Assembly (NCBI GenBank): GCA_002104905.1
Contig: MCFE01000365.1
Location: 1-64,000, forward strand
Origin: Basidiobolus meristosporus CBS 931.73
Lineage: Eukaryota; Fungi; Basidiobolomycota
Reading direction: 5' to 3'
DNA length: 64,000 bases
Of this stretch, positions 1 to 13,438 are shown one piece after another (position 1 is the stretch's first letter; each line of letters starts with the position of its first letter). The notes under the pieces were generated by a model, which saw only the letters and a program-made list of their open reading frames with translations, was not told the DNA's origin and did not search any database. Both the position numbers and the translations under genes were made by a program.

Positions 1-3000
1 TAAACCATTGAGTGAAAATCTACACAATCTGCTTGTTCTCCTAATCACTTCCAGTATCTCCAAAGCTCTCACAACATAAAGGAGGTGCTCAAGACCCTTT
101 AAAGGCAAAAGTAAGGCCTTTTGCAGCTACTGTAACCGGAAAGTACACACATTGGACCGGCACTTCAAAAAGAGAGATAATCAGCAGAGTAGCCTGAATA
201 TAGATATACTGCAGCTACTCAAGATAGGCTATGCATATCTGTACTAAACATGACCATAGGTTGTGCTCAGCATTTTAAGCTTAGCCAGCTTTACTAAGAT
301 AGTACATTTAGTACCAAAATTGTTTCTCCCTAACCCAAACATAACTAATCCCAGTTATAGGTTATTTCATCACATGTCAAATCTACTTTGAGCTCTCACA
401 CCTAATCAATTTGTGGTCTTTATGATCTCATCTGTTCTGCCAAGCCCCTCAGGTGATGAGCCATCCAAGATCCATCCATTTACTTAGCAGTTGCCATGAC
501 ATCAACTGATTGATGATGAAATCAACATTTATCTTATACACCTATCAACACTCATGTTTGTTTCAATTAATCCAGTCACTTGGTGATTGCTAATTCACGT
601 AGATCAGGAAGCTATAAATAAGGTTTACTTGACCTTTTGGTTTAATACATATCTCAACAAAGTTAAGATTATGTCTTAGCAATATTAAGAACTCAACAAT
701 TCCATTCTAGTATCTACCTATGCTTAGCATATCAAGCACTCCCATGAGCACCAATCCTAGCTTACATGGCAAGCCAACTCTATCACTTTTATAGTCAAAC
801 CCAGCTATATCCAAGACCAATATTAGTCCAGAATCCTTTTGCTAATATTTCCACCACAATTTAACAATACTAGGATTCTGCACTTAATTGTCCCATTGTA
901 AATTTAACCATTCCATAATCTTATTGCACTTTTCTATTGGACACAATACCATCAGCAAGGATTCTTAAATGGGTTGCAGTGACTGTGGAGCATCACAACA
1001 CTCTACACACCAAAAAGTATGTTTTACCCAACATCAAGAGAGTCCAATCAAGAAGGTTTCCATGAGAGACAGCAGTATACTTGGTGCAGCTGGTCAAGGA
1101 GCCATGAGAGTAAGCCTCAGAAGTAATGAAGGAAGCTACACACTTACATTTGCAGAAGTACCCTATTTACCAGAAATAGCCAAGAAGCTACTATCTCCAG
1201 CCATGGCCACAGAAGAAGGACTCAATTTCAGTTTTGGCAATTCTGGGTGCAGGGTTGCTGATCAAAATAGTGCCCAGAGTGCTTTGGGTATGAGAGATCA
1301 GAATCTATACAGGTTTACTTATATTGTACAATATCTGGAAGCTGATATAAGTAACCTAAATCAAGAAATACCAATGCCTTGGCACAGTATATTTGGACAT
1401 ATCAATTTTTATCATCAAAGTAAACAACCAAATAGCAGCTAATTTCCAGAGTCAAGTTGATCCTACAACTGATTTGGAGTACTGTGAAGCCAGCTTATAT
1501 GAGTGACAAGCCAGACAGTCACTCAACAGCTCTGGAATAATGGCACAGATTATACCTCAAAATTGCTTTTCTACTTCTATAAAATTCATGCACTGATAAT
1601 AGACACTGCAGTACCATACTGCCCACATTAAAGTGGGGTGTCAGAGTGTGCAAACAGATCAGCAATTGATCTAGCAAGATATTCAATCAATTATCACAAA
1701 TGATCTTAAGAGTTTTGGGTTGGTTTGGTTACTGCAGCTGTACATCATAAAAATAGGAGTTATAGCAAAATACTTTGTGATTCTACTATGCTTGAAGCAT
1801 AATACAGACACAGATCAAGTACAGAACATCTAATAACATTTGGGTGCACAGCATATACAAAGAAACTGCCTGGAAATCAGTCAAAAATCTATGCCAAAAA
1901 GTGCAAAATCCTTATTTTTGGCAATTGCAATGAGAGCAAGGCATACAAACTCTACAATACCAAAGCAAAGATGCTGATCAACCCCAAGGATGCATTATTG
2001 GATGAAAACTCAAATTTTTGCAAAGAATGATGTCATATGATGACAAAAATCTTATCTTAAGTCCACAAATAGTCAGGATTGAATCAGAGCAAAGCAATGA
2101 GAATTTTTTCACTCCAGAAGACTCTACAACCATGACGCAGTCTGAATTAGTGCCCAGGAGTATCCCAGAAGTGATCATCATAGTACCATAACCAGGAGAT
2201 CTACCAGACCAGAGATAGCACATATTACTATATAAATGAGGGTACAAACTGAGCTTACACCTATTCAATCTACAATGATGAGCCCCAGACAGTAAAAGCA
2301 GCCCTAAATAGCCCTCAGATTAAGTTCTGGAGATCTTCAGTGACTGAGAAGTATCAAGCTCTGATGGAAAATCAAACTTGAGACTTGGCCAAATTATTGG
2401 TTAACCAAAAATCAATTGGATGCCAATAGGTCTTCAAGATTCAATACAGGGCCAATAGTACCATTGGAAGATACAAAGCAAGACTTGTGGCCAAAAGATA
2501 CTTTCAAACAAACAGGCTTGAGTATACTGAGATCTTTGCACCAGTGGCTAAGTTTAATTCCATCATATAAACATTGCATATTGCAGCCAAATATAAGTTA
2601 TTTATACATCATATGGATGTAAAAACTGCATCATTGAATGGAGAACCTGATGAGGATATGTATATGAACCAGTGTAATGGGTTTGCTGATTAAGACAACC
2701 AAAATTTGGTTGGCAAGCTTAAAAATTTCTACACAGACTCAAACAATCACCAAGAGCCTAGAGTTGCAAGATAGATGCTTATTTGAAATCTTTGCATTTC
2801 CAAAGGAGTAAAGCTATCTATAATATATACTATAAGCCAGATAGAGCAAATCTAGCTCCATTTGCTCTATATGTGGATGATCTCATTATAGTTGCCAATA
2901 ACCTAGAAACATTGGAGGAGACCAAATCCACTCTATCTAAGCAGTTCAATATGTCCAATTTGGGAAACTCAGTTACTACTTAGGAATAAGGCTCTCCATG

Positions 3001-3389
3001 AACAGAAGTGCCCAGACTATCACCCTAAGCCAATCCAAGTATCTCAAGATATACTAACAAAGTACCAAATGGAAGACTGTAAACCAGCAGCTATCCAAAT
3101 GGAGGCATACTTTAACTTGGTCAAAACCTAACTAAATCAAGCAAGCTTGGATCCATCTGAAAATCCTGACTTTCTTGATCAATCTATGGTTGACAGCTTG
3201 CTGTATATTGTGCTTGGAACATGTCCAGATATGTCATATTCAGTGGCAGTTATCAGCCAGCATAATCAGAACTATGTATCTGATTGTATTGCAGCAGCTA
3301 GGTGGATCTTTAGATACCTAAAAGGAACTGCTGATATTTGCTTCAGGTAGACTTATAAGCAATCAGAACAAGATCTTGTGGAATACTAC
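1..3389 (+). mobile_element. Degenerate Ty1/copia family 1, outer copy, gag-PR-IN-RT part (continues at 14568-15386)
   Basis: CSYC-x-H zinc-knuckle remnant ~120-170; DCGASQH protease motif and WHSIFGHIN GAG-pre-integrase motif in ORF 969-1442; NNGTDY integrase motif ~1537; YKARLVAK ~2470; LYVDDL ~2866; many stops and frameshifts. Confidence 0.9.
259..948 (+). repeat. Solo LTR of gypsy family A
   Basis: Colinear with LTRs at 13439-14134 and 54075-54768 (roughly 75-80% by eye); flanked by CCATA/CCATC, a 5-bp TSD with one mismatch. Confidence 0.85.
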
Positions 3390-3738
3390 TGATATAAGAG
3401 TTTGTAATTCCACCTAATTATTCACCTGGATTAGTCACTTTGATCATTACCTTCAATTCCTAGTGAATACTGATCAGATTCCTTGCTGAGATTTACTTGA
3501 GATATTTTCACCAAAATACCAGGTACCCAGAGCATAAAAGTTCTCAAAGTAGCCCAAACACCCCTAGACTTTGCACACATGCTCTTTGGACCTTTCAAAG
3601 CCTATTCTATGCATTTAACAAGCCATGAACATGTAAAAATATATATACTATTTTTACATTCAATAAATCATTAAGTGCAAACCATATATTCTACTTGTCC
3701 TCCCATTTACTTCCAATATCTTGAAGACTCTTAAAGCA
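3390..3738 (+). repeat. 5' LTR of inner copia family 1 copy
   Basis: Homologous to the ~348-bp LTRs at 7420-7767, 14220-14567 and 15041-15386; followed directly by a PBS and the gag start. Confidence 0.85.
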
Positions 3739-3749
3739 GGTTATGAGCC
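3739..3749 (+). other. Copia primer-binding site, half-tRNAiMet type (GGTTATGAGCC)
   Basis: Immediately after the LTR; matches the copia/Ty5-type PBS complementary to the tRNAiMet anticodon arm. Confidence 0.75.
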
Positions 3750-4072
3750 TCAAGCTGCCACTCTCTGCTATGCTCACTACTGCTATCACTGCAATTTTTC
3801 CCTATGCTGAAAAGTTGGATAGATCTGACTACCATGTGTGGAAGGTGAAGACAAAGATGCCCCTACAAGATAGAGGCCTTTTTGATATTGTCACAGGAGA
3901 AGAATGCCCTTCTGAAACATGGGAGAGGAAGCCTTAAAGTACCAGAAGAACAAACAAAGCGCCTTCAACTGCATTTGCCTTGGCATTAAAGACAAATTGC
4001 TAATTCAATACTCAAGAGCACAAACAGCAAAGTATACCTGGAAGATATCAGAAGACACCTACCAGTCATGTT
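3743..4072 (+). pseudogene. gag: Copia gag N-terminal remnant
   Basis: EKLDRSDYHVWKVKTKMPLQDRGLFDIVTG resembles the KLxxxNYxxWKxxM...LWxIV start of copia gag; truncated by the CACTA-like element. Confidence 0.7.
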
Positions 4073-7000
4073 CCCTATGAAAATAATTTGGTCCTGTGGG
4101 TGGATCCTGCCTGGATCAGCAATCAGGATCCTGTTTGGAGACTGTCATAATACCAACAGCTTGAAATTAGTGACCCTCTTGACAATCTTGTGACAGGATC
4201 ACAATGGCATTTTGCTAATTTTACTGCCAAATAATGTTATAAAACTTGATGGGGTTTGATTGGTGCCATGACAATAATTGCATGGCATTGTTGCGGTTTT
4301 AATGCACACTACAATTATTTTAAATGGATCTAACTGGCCAGGACATCCAATTGCCTTATGTAGCAAAAAACCTGATGGTATTTTGACTGCCTCACAGCAA
4401 GTCTCTAAAGACATTATTATGGCAATATGGTGGCCTACAGCTAGTGCTGTATAATGCTACTCTACCAATTTACCAAATGGTATTTCCTTTTCCTACCTCT
4501 CCTTGTACAACTCATATATTCCACTGTAGGTTCTCCCCTCTTTATTTGCTTACCCACCACTACCTTGGTTACTTCATATACAGTTTGAATAAAAAAAATA
4601 AGGCCTGCTACTTACTAACCTCTATAAATGCACACACCTGCCACAATGGACATACTTCTATCACCTAAACTTTATGGCTTTTTAGTGTGATACTTGCAAA
4701 GTTCCATATACCTTGTACTGCTGGTAGCATATACATCTTGCAAACATATGCTTAGTTGTTGCCACTTCTGCCATGAATACCTCCTGAACATCTACAAAGA
4801 ACTTCCTGGTATTTAGCCAATATATTCCTTCTCCCTGCTGGATTCTAGTCCCCCTTGTAGGTGTGCTCTAGCTCTTGTTTGTGTGAATTCCATACTGCAT
4901 GGTAAAGAAGTTGGCTTGTTACCATGAGAAATCTGGTATACCTTGGCAGAGTTCTCCTAATAAAAGTTAGTAGCTTGTTGCATCCAACCCAGCTTTGCAT
5001 TACTTAACTGATTACCCATGCATTGGGGCCGCTTAGCTTCTTAATGCCATAGGCATAGGTGTCTCCATGTGCACATCTGTCCAAAGTATTTCCCAACTCA
5101 TTGTTGCTGTCCTCCATATACCAGCTCATCACATCCATGATGGACTTGAAGGTAATATTCTTGATGAGATTGAGATATGGCAGTACATAAAACTTGAGTT
5201 GTCTTCCTATCTCCCCACACATCTGCTCCATCAAAAGCTCCCAAAACATGAAGAAAGGCCCAATATTCTCCACACACTAAGCAAGATGGAGTAAAGAATG
5301 GATACAGTAGCAGCAGAAATCTACACATCCAGCTTTATATATGTAGTATAGCTGCTCAAATCTCATTACAAACTCCTTGCACAACAGCTGTGGATGTATC
5401 AAGTTGGTATTGGTGATCTGCAGATGGACAAATATTCCTACAATGTCCACATATGACTCCCAGTGCTTCCAATGTACTCTTGGTAGGAATGGCTTCAGAA
5501 CACCACTTGAATAAATACATATCCAGTTCATCCAGTCTTTGCATTTGTATTGTTGCACATGCATATGAATATTGATTGGAGCTTGTGAGAAGTACTTAGC
5601 GTAGAAGACACTCTGCAACATCTTGCCAATTTTTTCAAATCTCCCTGGTATCTTTAAGGGCTCATTTAGCTTGAAATGCCCATGTACAACTTGGTCATCA
5701 GTATAGGGATATTGTTGAAAAGCAAATGCATTGCTCCCAGTGGAAAGCTTTTGCTCCAACAGATACCATCTATCTTACATATCTCCAGTTTCCAATTTAT
5801 TCCAGATTATGACCAATGGCTTACAGCTTGCCAACTTTGTAGCATTTGCATGCTGACTTTTGTATGTTCTCTCTGTGGCAAGATGATGTTCTTATTATTG
5901 GTGTTTGGGTAATAATAATGTGTATGAGTTATGGAGTCCAACTCCTAGATCTCACACACTTGACAGCAATACCATCCATTGTACCCAGAAAAGCCAGCTA
6001 TCTTGCAGATGGCTGGGGTATCTCCAATACAGATAATAATATGCGCTTTTACATGTCACCCATTTACTGTCATCCTACTGGAAAGCATACAAAATCCATT
6101 CAGCAATGGACAAAGGTAGCTAACAGGTTGTTCAGTGATATAGGCCCAGATACCAGTGAGACTACAATCAGATTTTTGCTCTGATACCATAAGATGAGCA
6201 GCAGATTTGGGTTGATGAGAATCAGTGGCCAGCAGGATTAGCTGGTAGAGTACTTTTTCAATGAGAATCCATCAGGTGCTAAGGCAAAGGCATGGTCATT
6301 CATACCTTTGAAGTAGCCCTTGCTTCTTAGTTGTTTGTAATGTTTGCCATCAAATACATTGGATATGCTTGTGCTTGATTGATACTGAGTGTGGTACTGT
6401 ATAGCTTTGCAATATTTGTTGGACTGCATGAGCTTTTTTAGACAGGGTATTACTGGAATATATCCAGAGTGTGCACAATGTTTTCCCTCACTGGTGGTGG
6501 ATTCCTGACAATTTGGACATGTTGCAATTGTAGCATTTTTGGATGAGAATGTTATGCAACAGTTGACACATGCTGAAATCAGGACAGTCTCTGGGTCATA
6601 TGTTGCCAGCCACATGATGGTTGTCCACTTGTACCATGTACATGACAAGTTGCATCCCAGAAAGACTTTGGCAAGAAGTAATAATAAATCCTCAAAGCCC
6701 CCATTACTGATATTAGTGGAAATGCACCACTTCTCTAGCCACAACATTACATCATTCACAAGTAGATGGATTACTGGGCTCACTTAGCTCCATAAAGTAT
6801 CCTTGGCAATTGTTTCAATGGGTGTTGTCTTATAACATATTGGGATTTGATTGGGCTCATGACTCCTACTGTTGTTAGGGGAGATAGGCTCACAATCCAT
6901 CAGTGAGCCTTCTTTGTCAGAGCTATCACTCTGCATGCCATATTCACAAGGCTGCGGTGTGCCTAAAGGCATCACAAGCTCATCTGACTCAGTCTGTGCA

Positions 7001-7419
7001 AGGTTACAAAGGCAGCCAGGTGCCAATATAGAAGAGCCAACTGACTGGCAAAATAATGTTGGTACAGTAGTGACTGATGAGTGACCAAATATGACTTATG
7101 TGGCAAAATACAGGCTGTAATCCTTGTAATACTGCCTATGCCGTCTGCATGCTTCATGGCTGAGAGGCTTACTACAATAGCCACATGGACTTTTTTCACT
7201 TCTCTTATGGTGTTGAATCAATGTAATCATGTCCATGGGGCAAACAGCTTGACCTACAACAATGTAACACTATTACATCACCTTTTAGACAATACTCATG
7301 TGAATTTAAGAAAGTCTTGTATTTGAGACATTGCACCTACGTGAATGTAAAATTCAATGATGACCTGCCATAGCATGCATTATAAATAAAATTATGGCAC
7401 CACATACATACATATATGT
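4073..7419 (-). mobile_element. CACTA/EnSpm-like DNA transposon, copy 1 (transposase half)
   Basis: Terminus CCCTATGAAAAT at 4073; homologous to 55415-60420 and 39140-40990; interrupted at 7419 by a copia LTR. Confidence 0.85.
5004..7199 (-). pseudogene. Transposase_21-like (CACTA) transposase, fragmented
   Basis: CVNCC/CPNC cysteine motif; VFDGKHYKQL...FALAPDGF; SCWPLILINLNL; VSLVSGP; downstream HSLLHL..GPFFMFWELLMEQMCG, matching the GPxxxxWxFxMERxCG pattern; stops and frameshifts. Confidence 0.8.
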
Positions 7420-7767
7420 TGTTGTAAGAGTCTTGGATATATTGGAAGTGATTGGGAGAACACATAGATTATGTGGTTTTCACTTAATGATTTATTGAAT
7501 GTAAAGTAGTATTTATACTTTTACCTGGTCTTGGCATTACAAACACGTAGAATAGGTTAAGGAAGGTCCCAAGAACGTGTGTGCAAAGTATGGGGCTGCT
7601 TGGACAACTTTGAGAATTTTCATGTTCTGGGTACCTGGTATTTTGGTGAAAATATTCTAAGTAAATCCTGACAAGGAATTTGGTCAGTATTCTCTAGGAC
7701 TTGAAGGTAATGATCTAAGTGACTAAGTTAGGTGAATACTTAGGTGGAATTACAAACTTTTACAACA
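7420..7767 (-). repeat. 3' LTR of copia family 1
   Basis: TGTTGTAAAA...CTCTTACAACA, 348 bp, preceded by a PPT. Confidence 0.9.
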
Positions 7768-7778
7768 CTCCCACTCAG

Positions 7779-9159
7779 CTAAATGTTCATACTGACTAGT
7801 CCTAATTTTGACCTAAGATATTCAAACTTGTCTCTAGCTAATGGTTTGGTAAATATGTCTGCAATCATTTCATCTGTAGGACAGTAAACTAAGCTAACTA
7901 GGTTACTGCCTATAGCTTCACGTATGAAATGATGTCTAATATCTATGTACTTAGTGATAGCATGAAAAGTTGGATTTCTACCTAAGTGTATACATCCTTG
8001 ATTATCTTGAAATAAAGTAATAGGCGTTTTTTGACATAGGCCTAAATCTGTAAAAAGTTTTCTTAACAACATTGCTTCTTTTGTAGCTTCACAGGATGCC
8101 ATATACTCTGCCTCTGTGGTGGAAAGTGCTATGGTTGGTTGCTTTCTTGAATTCCATGAAATTGCTCCTTCACAGTAAAGAAAGGTGTATCCTGTGGTAG
8201 ATCTTCTGTCTTCTAAATTTTGTCCCCAATCAGCATCAGAGTATCCCACAAGATCCTGTTCTGAATCCTTATAAGTGTATCTTGAGCAGATATCAGCAGT
8301 TCCTTTTAGGTATCTAAAAATCAGCTTAACTGCTGCAATATGATCAGATCCATAGTTCTGATTATGTTGGCTGACAACTCCCACTGAATATGAGATATCT
8401 GATGTGTTCTAAGCATGATATACATCAGACTGCCGACCATAGACTGATAAGGGAAGTCAGGGCTTTCAGATGGCACCAAGCTCTCTTGATTTGGTTGTAT
8501 TTTGACCAAGTTAAGGTTTGTCTCCATTGGGGTAGCTCCCGGTTTACAGTCTTCCATTTGGTACTTCTTTAGTATATCTTGAATATGCTTGGATTGGCTT
8601 AGGGTGATAGTCTGGGTACTTCTGTCTATGGAGAACTTAATCCCTAAGTAGTAATTAAGTTCTCCTAGATTGGACATTGTGAACTCCTTAGATAGGCTGG
8701 ATTTAGTCTCTTCCAATGTTTCTAGGTTATTGGCGGCTATAATAAGATCATCCACATATACAGCTAATAGAACTGGATTTGCTCTATCTGGCTTATAGTA
8801 TATACTATAGTCAGCATTACTCCTTTTGAAACTCAAGGATTCCAAATAAGAATCTATCTTGCAATTCCAGGCTCTTGGTGATTGTTTGAGACCATAAGTG
8901 CCTTTTTAAGCTTGCAGACCAAATGGGGGTTATCTTGGTCAGCAAACCCATCAGGCTGGTCCATATACACGTCCTCATTACGTTTTCTGTTCAAGATTGC
9001 AGTTTTTACATCCTTTTGATGAATAAAAAACTTATATTTGGCTGCAATAGCCAATACTAATCTGATTGTATTGAACTTGGCTACCAGTGCAAAGGTCTCA
9101 GTAGAGTCAAGTCCTTTTGTTTGAGAGTATCCTTTGGCTACAAGTCTTGCTTTGTATCT
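7779..9159 (-). pseudogene. pol: Copia reverse transcriptase/RNase H
   Basis: ORFs 8854-9210, 8321-8845 and 7779-8384 are consecutive pieces split by a stop and a frameshift. Confidence 0.9.
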
Positions 9160-12100
9160 TGGAATAATTAAGGAAGCACTGGAGAATATTGCCATAGTAA
9201 TTGACAGCATTGAAAATCCACCAAGCCTTGCTCTGCATCAGCCACCAAGAAGTCATGCCTTTGAATCCTCCAGATCTACATCTCCTTCTAGACCTGCCCC
9301 AGTGGTTGTCCCAAGATCCTTTCCTGTTTATGCTGAAGGCACCAATGCCATCAAGAATCCAACTGAGTTTCTTTACAAGTTTAGTCACATCTTAGCTGCA
9401 CACCAGCTAGACCCTGACACCAACTGGGCTAGACTTCTGCCTCTCTGTCTCACAATGCAAGATGCTGACTGGGTTGAAGTGAACATTCCTTCCAATAGTA
9501 CGTGGAAAATTGCCCAAAACCTCTTTTGCAGCCATTTTGAAGATCCTCTCAAGAAAGCACATCTTAACTGCGACTTATGGAAAACCAAAATGCAAAAAGG
9601 TGAATCTGTGCAACACTTCTGTGATAGATTCCAAAGACAAATGAGATTAGCTGGAGTTAGTGATGATAATCCATTGCTTACTGCTCATTTTCTTTCAAAC
9701 TTTTCACACCAGCTACAGAGCAATATTGCTATTGTCAAAGCATGCAACCCTGCATGTACTTAAGACCAGATCTCAGAGATATGTTCACTGGCAATCACCT
9801 TGACTGCAGCTGTTAGCCAGACTTCAGGCAACTCAACCCAAGATCCCACAACAGCCAGAAAAGAGACCAGTCATGTGACCAAGAAGCACTCAACTGCTAC
9901 CAAGCACTGTGAGCTTCATGAAAAATGCTATCATTCTACCAGTGAATGCAAAGGCATCACCAAGCAGTCAAACAAGTCAGGAAACACCTCAGGAAAGCAG
10001 CAAAACACCAAAACTGATAATCCATATGCTGATGACAAGTGCTTTAAATGTGGAAATATGGGACATAGATCACCTGCCTGTCCTGAGAAGAACTCCACAC
10101 CATCAGCCAAAATTACCCAGATCCTTGATGATTATTCAGCCAATGGTACAATGGGGTATGAAGAAGCATATGAAGAACTTACAGTTCAAGATTATCACAA
10201 CCTCTTTGAGTTTCCGGCTAAAATTGCAACTGTTCAAGAAAAGAAGCAACCAATCACACAGCTCAAAGCCATAGAAGTGCCACTCACCCTCAATGGCCAA
10301 TCATATGTAGCACTACTGGATACTGGATCATCCAACTCTATTGTATCACCCAATGTAGTCAGAGAACTCAATTTGGAGATAGAAAAACAACCAGGAAAAA
10401 TCATTCTTGCAGCTAAGGATCTCTCAGCCCCAAGAATTGGCTTTACCAACCCAATCAACATACATTGTGGCTCAGTAACCATAATCCATCAGATGGAAGT
10501 TATTGACATACCAGATGGACCTCAGGTAGTCATTGGTCTGGACACCTTCACCAAACTTGGCTTTCACATAGGCGGACTACTGGTTTCCTATCCAGGAATC
10601 ACTAAATCTCAGCCACTCATAATGGATCAAATCCCAGAGATTATCTCATCCCAACCGGAAGAAGAAAAGTTAACCCCAACTTTTAAGAATATTCTCAATC
10701 AGTCAAATTGGATATTCAGCCGGCCATAGAGAGAAATCAGGCCATTCCAAGGAACAGCGTCTGCACCATCCCAGAATCCATTGTTACACTAGAGACCCCA
10801 CCTGGTGAGTCAACATGGAGGAGGCAATACCCAATTCCGCATTCATGTTAACACTTAGTTGATCAGATAGTCCAAAAATGGGCTGATAATGGAATTATCA
10901 CTCAAGCCCCTGTCAACACAACATTCAACAGCCCTTTGACGCTTGCACCAAAGAAAGATGCTGATGGAAATCTAACCCTGAAGAGACCCTGTTTGGACCC
11001 CAGACATCTGAACAAGCTTCTCCAAGAAGACAAGTTTCCAATTCCAAGAATACAAAATATCTTTTCCGCACTATCAGGAGCAAAAGCATTCTCCAAGTTG
11101 GACTTGAAGGATGCATATCACCAATTCCAGATCCATCCTGATCATCAGCATAAGACTGCCGTTACTTGGAATAATATGCAATGGATGTTTCAGGGAGCTC
11201 CCTTTGGCCTAAAGACACTTACCAGCAAGTTTCAGAGAGTCATGGCTATAATACTCAAGAATGCACCATACGCATTGGTATTTGTTGATGATGTCATCAT
11301 ATTTTCCACTAACCGTGATGATCATGCAACCCATGTCACTGATGTAATCAACAGACTGACAACTGCTGGACTGATTCTCAATGCTGAAAAGTGCAGTTTT
11401 GCCTGCCTCAAAATCAATCTACTTGGATTTATAGTCACACCAGCTGGCCACCAATTAGATCCTTTCAAACTGGTCAATATCCCAGAATGGCCAAAACCCA
11501 CTAGTGCCAAGCAACTTCAACATTATCTTGGAGTATTCAACTATTTCAGGGAACACATACCACTCATGTCTTCATCGAGTGCCCCTTTAGATGCATTACG
11601 CCATAGCCCTGATCTCACCTCAGCCTGGAACAAGACTCATGACCAAGCCTTTGAGTCACTCTGCCAACTGCTTCCAAAAGCACCCACCTTATCATACCCA
11701 GACTTTACTAAGCCCTTTGTTGTTGCTACGGATGCATCTAATGTTGGGTTAGGGGCAGTCCTCTATCAAGATGAAGACCAAAATCCGCCTCACTGGATCT
11801 CTTTCCAAGCCAGGTCCCTACAACCAGCTGAGAGAAACTACTCTGCTACCAAGAAGGAGCTACTTGCCATAGTCTTTGCCTTGAAGAAGTTTCATCAGTA
11901 TCTATGGGGTAATCCTTTTACCTTGTACACTGACCACTGAGCCCTTATCTATATCCACGCTCAGAAGACTCTGACTCCAATGCTTACCAGCTGGCTTGAT
12001 ACTCTACTTGATTATGAATATACAGTTATTCATTGCCCAGGAATTCTCAACATCCTGCCTGACCACCTGTCAAGACTTTTTCCAACTTCACCTTGGGAGG

Positions 12101-13420
12101 GACATGTGACTATTGATGTAATCAGTAAACACTCTACAACTCCCAAAATAATTCCTCAACTGGATTCAGCAACTTAGAAAATCCCACCTGAAGAACAAAG
12201 GAAAACATTGATACAGAGGAGTCATTTACTTGGACACTATGGAACTGACACACTTATGAAGAAGCTACACTCTGATGGATATCACTGGCCAAATATCAAA
12301 GTTGACTGCTTAGAATTTGTCAAGTCATGCAGAGAATGTCAACTTTACAATATCAGCCGCCATGGAGCTCACCCTTTGAGCCCCATCCATGCAAGCCTTC
12401 CTATGGATCATATTGCAATTGATCTAGCTGGACCTTTCACCACTAGTGATGATGGTAATCACTACCTCTTTGTAATTGTGGATGTCTGCACATGCTTTGT
12501 CTTCCTCAAAGCTATCCCAGACAAGCATGCTGCCACTATTGCACAAGAACTATTCAAGCTCTTCTGCCTTTTTGGATTCCCTAAGGTCATTCAATTGGAT
12601 AATGGAACAGAATTTGTGAATCACATGATAAAGCCCTTTGCCAGAATAGCACCATTGATCACCATCTGATCACTCTATATCATCCCAAAGCTAATGGACT
12701 GGCTGAAAGACATGTTCAGACCTCAGTGAACATCATCAGGAAATCAATCAAAGGTATCAAGAAGAATTGGGACAAGTACATTCCAACTGTACACTATGCT
12801 ATCAACACCAAAATTGCCACTCTACATGGATCAACACCATTTTCCTTGATGTTTGGAAGAAGATACAACCACTTTGGAGACTACCAGAATACAGAGTTAG
12901 CAAGTTTGAATACAGATAAGCTAAAGAACTGGTTTGAGTACCTTACCAACATTGTCTACCCTGCTATCAGTGCCAGAAGTAAGGCCTCTCAGCAAAAGAT
13001 GACTTCAACGTACACCTCAAGACACAGGAACAGCAGCTTCCCAGATGGGTCATATGTCATGACACTAGATCCAATCCAGCAATCTAAGCTTGACCCCAAG
13101 TATGAAGGACCATTCAAGGTTGTCAGACGCACTACTGGAGGATCTTATGTACTTCAGGATAACACTGGAGCACTGCTACCCAAAAACCTTCCACCTTCTT
13201 CACTCAAACTTATTTCTTAAGACCCAGTAACTTCAGAATCCTATGAAGTTGAAGCTATTGTGGACCATGATGGAGAAGAACCAAATTGCCTTTATTTAGT
13301 CAAGTGGAAAGGCTATGATGCCAAACACAACACCTGGGAACCTTACACCAACTTTGAAGATGTTGCCATTATTGATCAGTATTGGAGCCGCAGAGGAACC
13401 CAGAAGGTATCAAAAACTCC
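9160..13420 (+). pseudogene. pol: gag-pol of family A (gag-PR-RT-RH-IN-chromodomain), multiple stops and frameshifts
   Basis: ORF pieces 9134-9763, 9800-10729, 10936-11940, 12208-12669, 12726-13220, 13260-13484; conserved TDHRAL reads TDH*AL at 11938 (CGA>TGA). Confidence 0.92.
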
Positions 13421-13438
13421 TCTTCTGGAAGGAAGTGA

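Larger units (their letters stand above)
7420..9159 (-). mobile_element. Copia family 1 copy, 3' half (RT-RNase H-3' LTR), 5'-truncated
   Basis: [61 protein letters not shown]; PPT GAGTGGGAG before the LTR. Confidence 0.93.

Noticed and set aside
9107-9210. ORFs 9134-9763 (+) and 8854-9210 (-) that start across the copia/gypsy junction
   Set aside because: Their N-termini are read from the neighbouring element across a deletion breakpoint at ~9159/9160; not a real fusion gene
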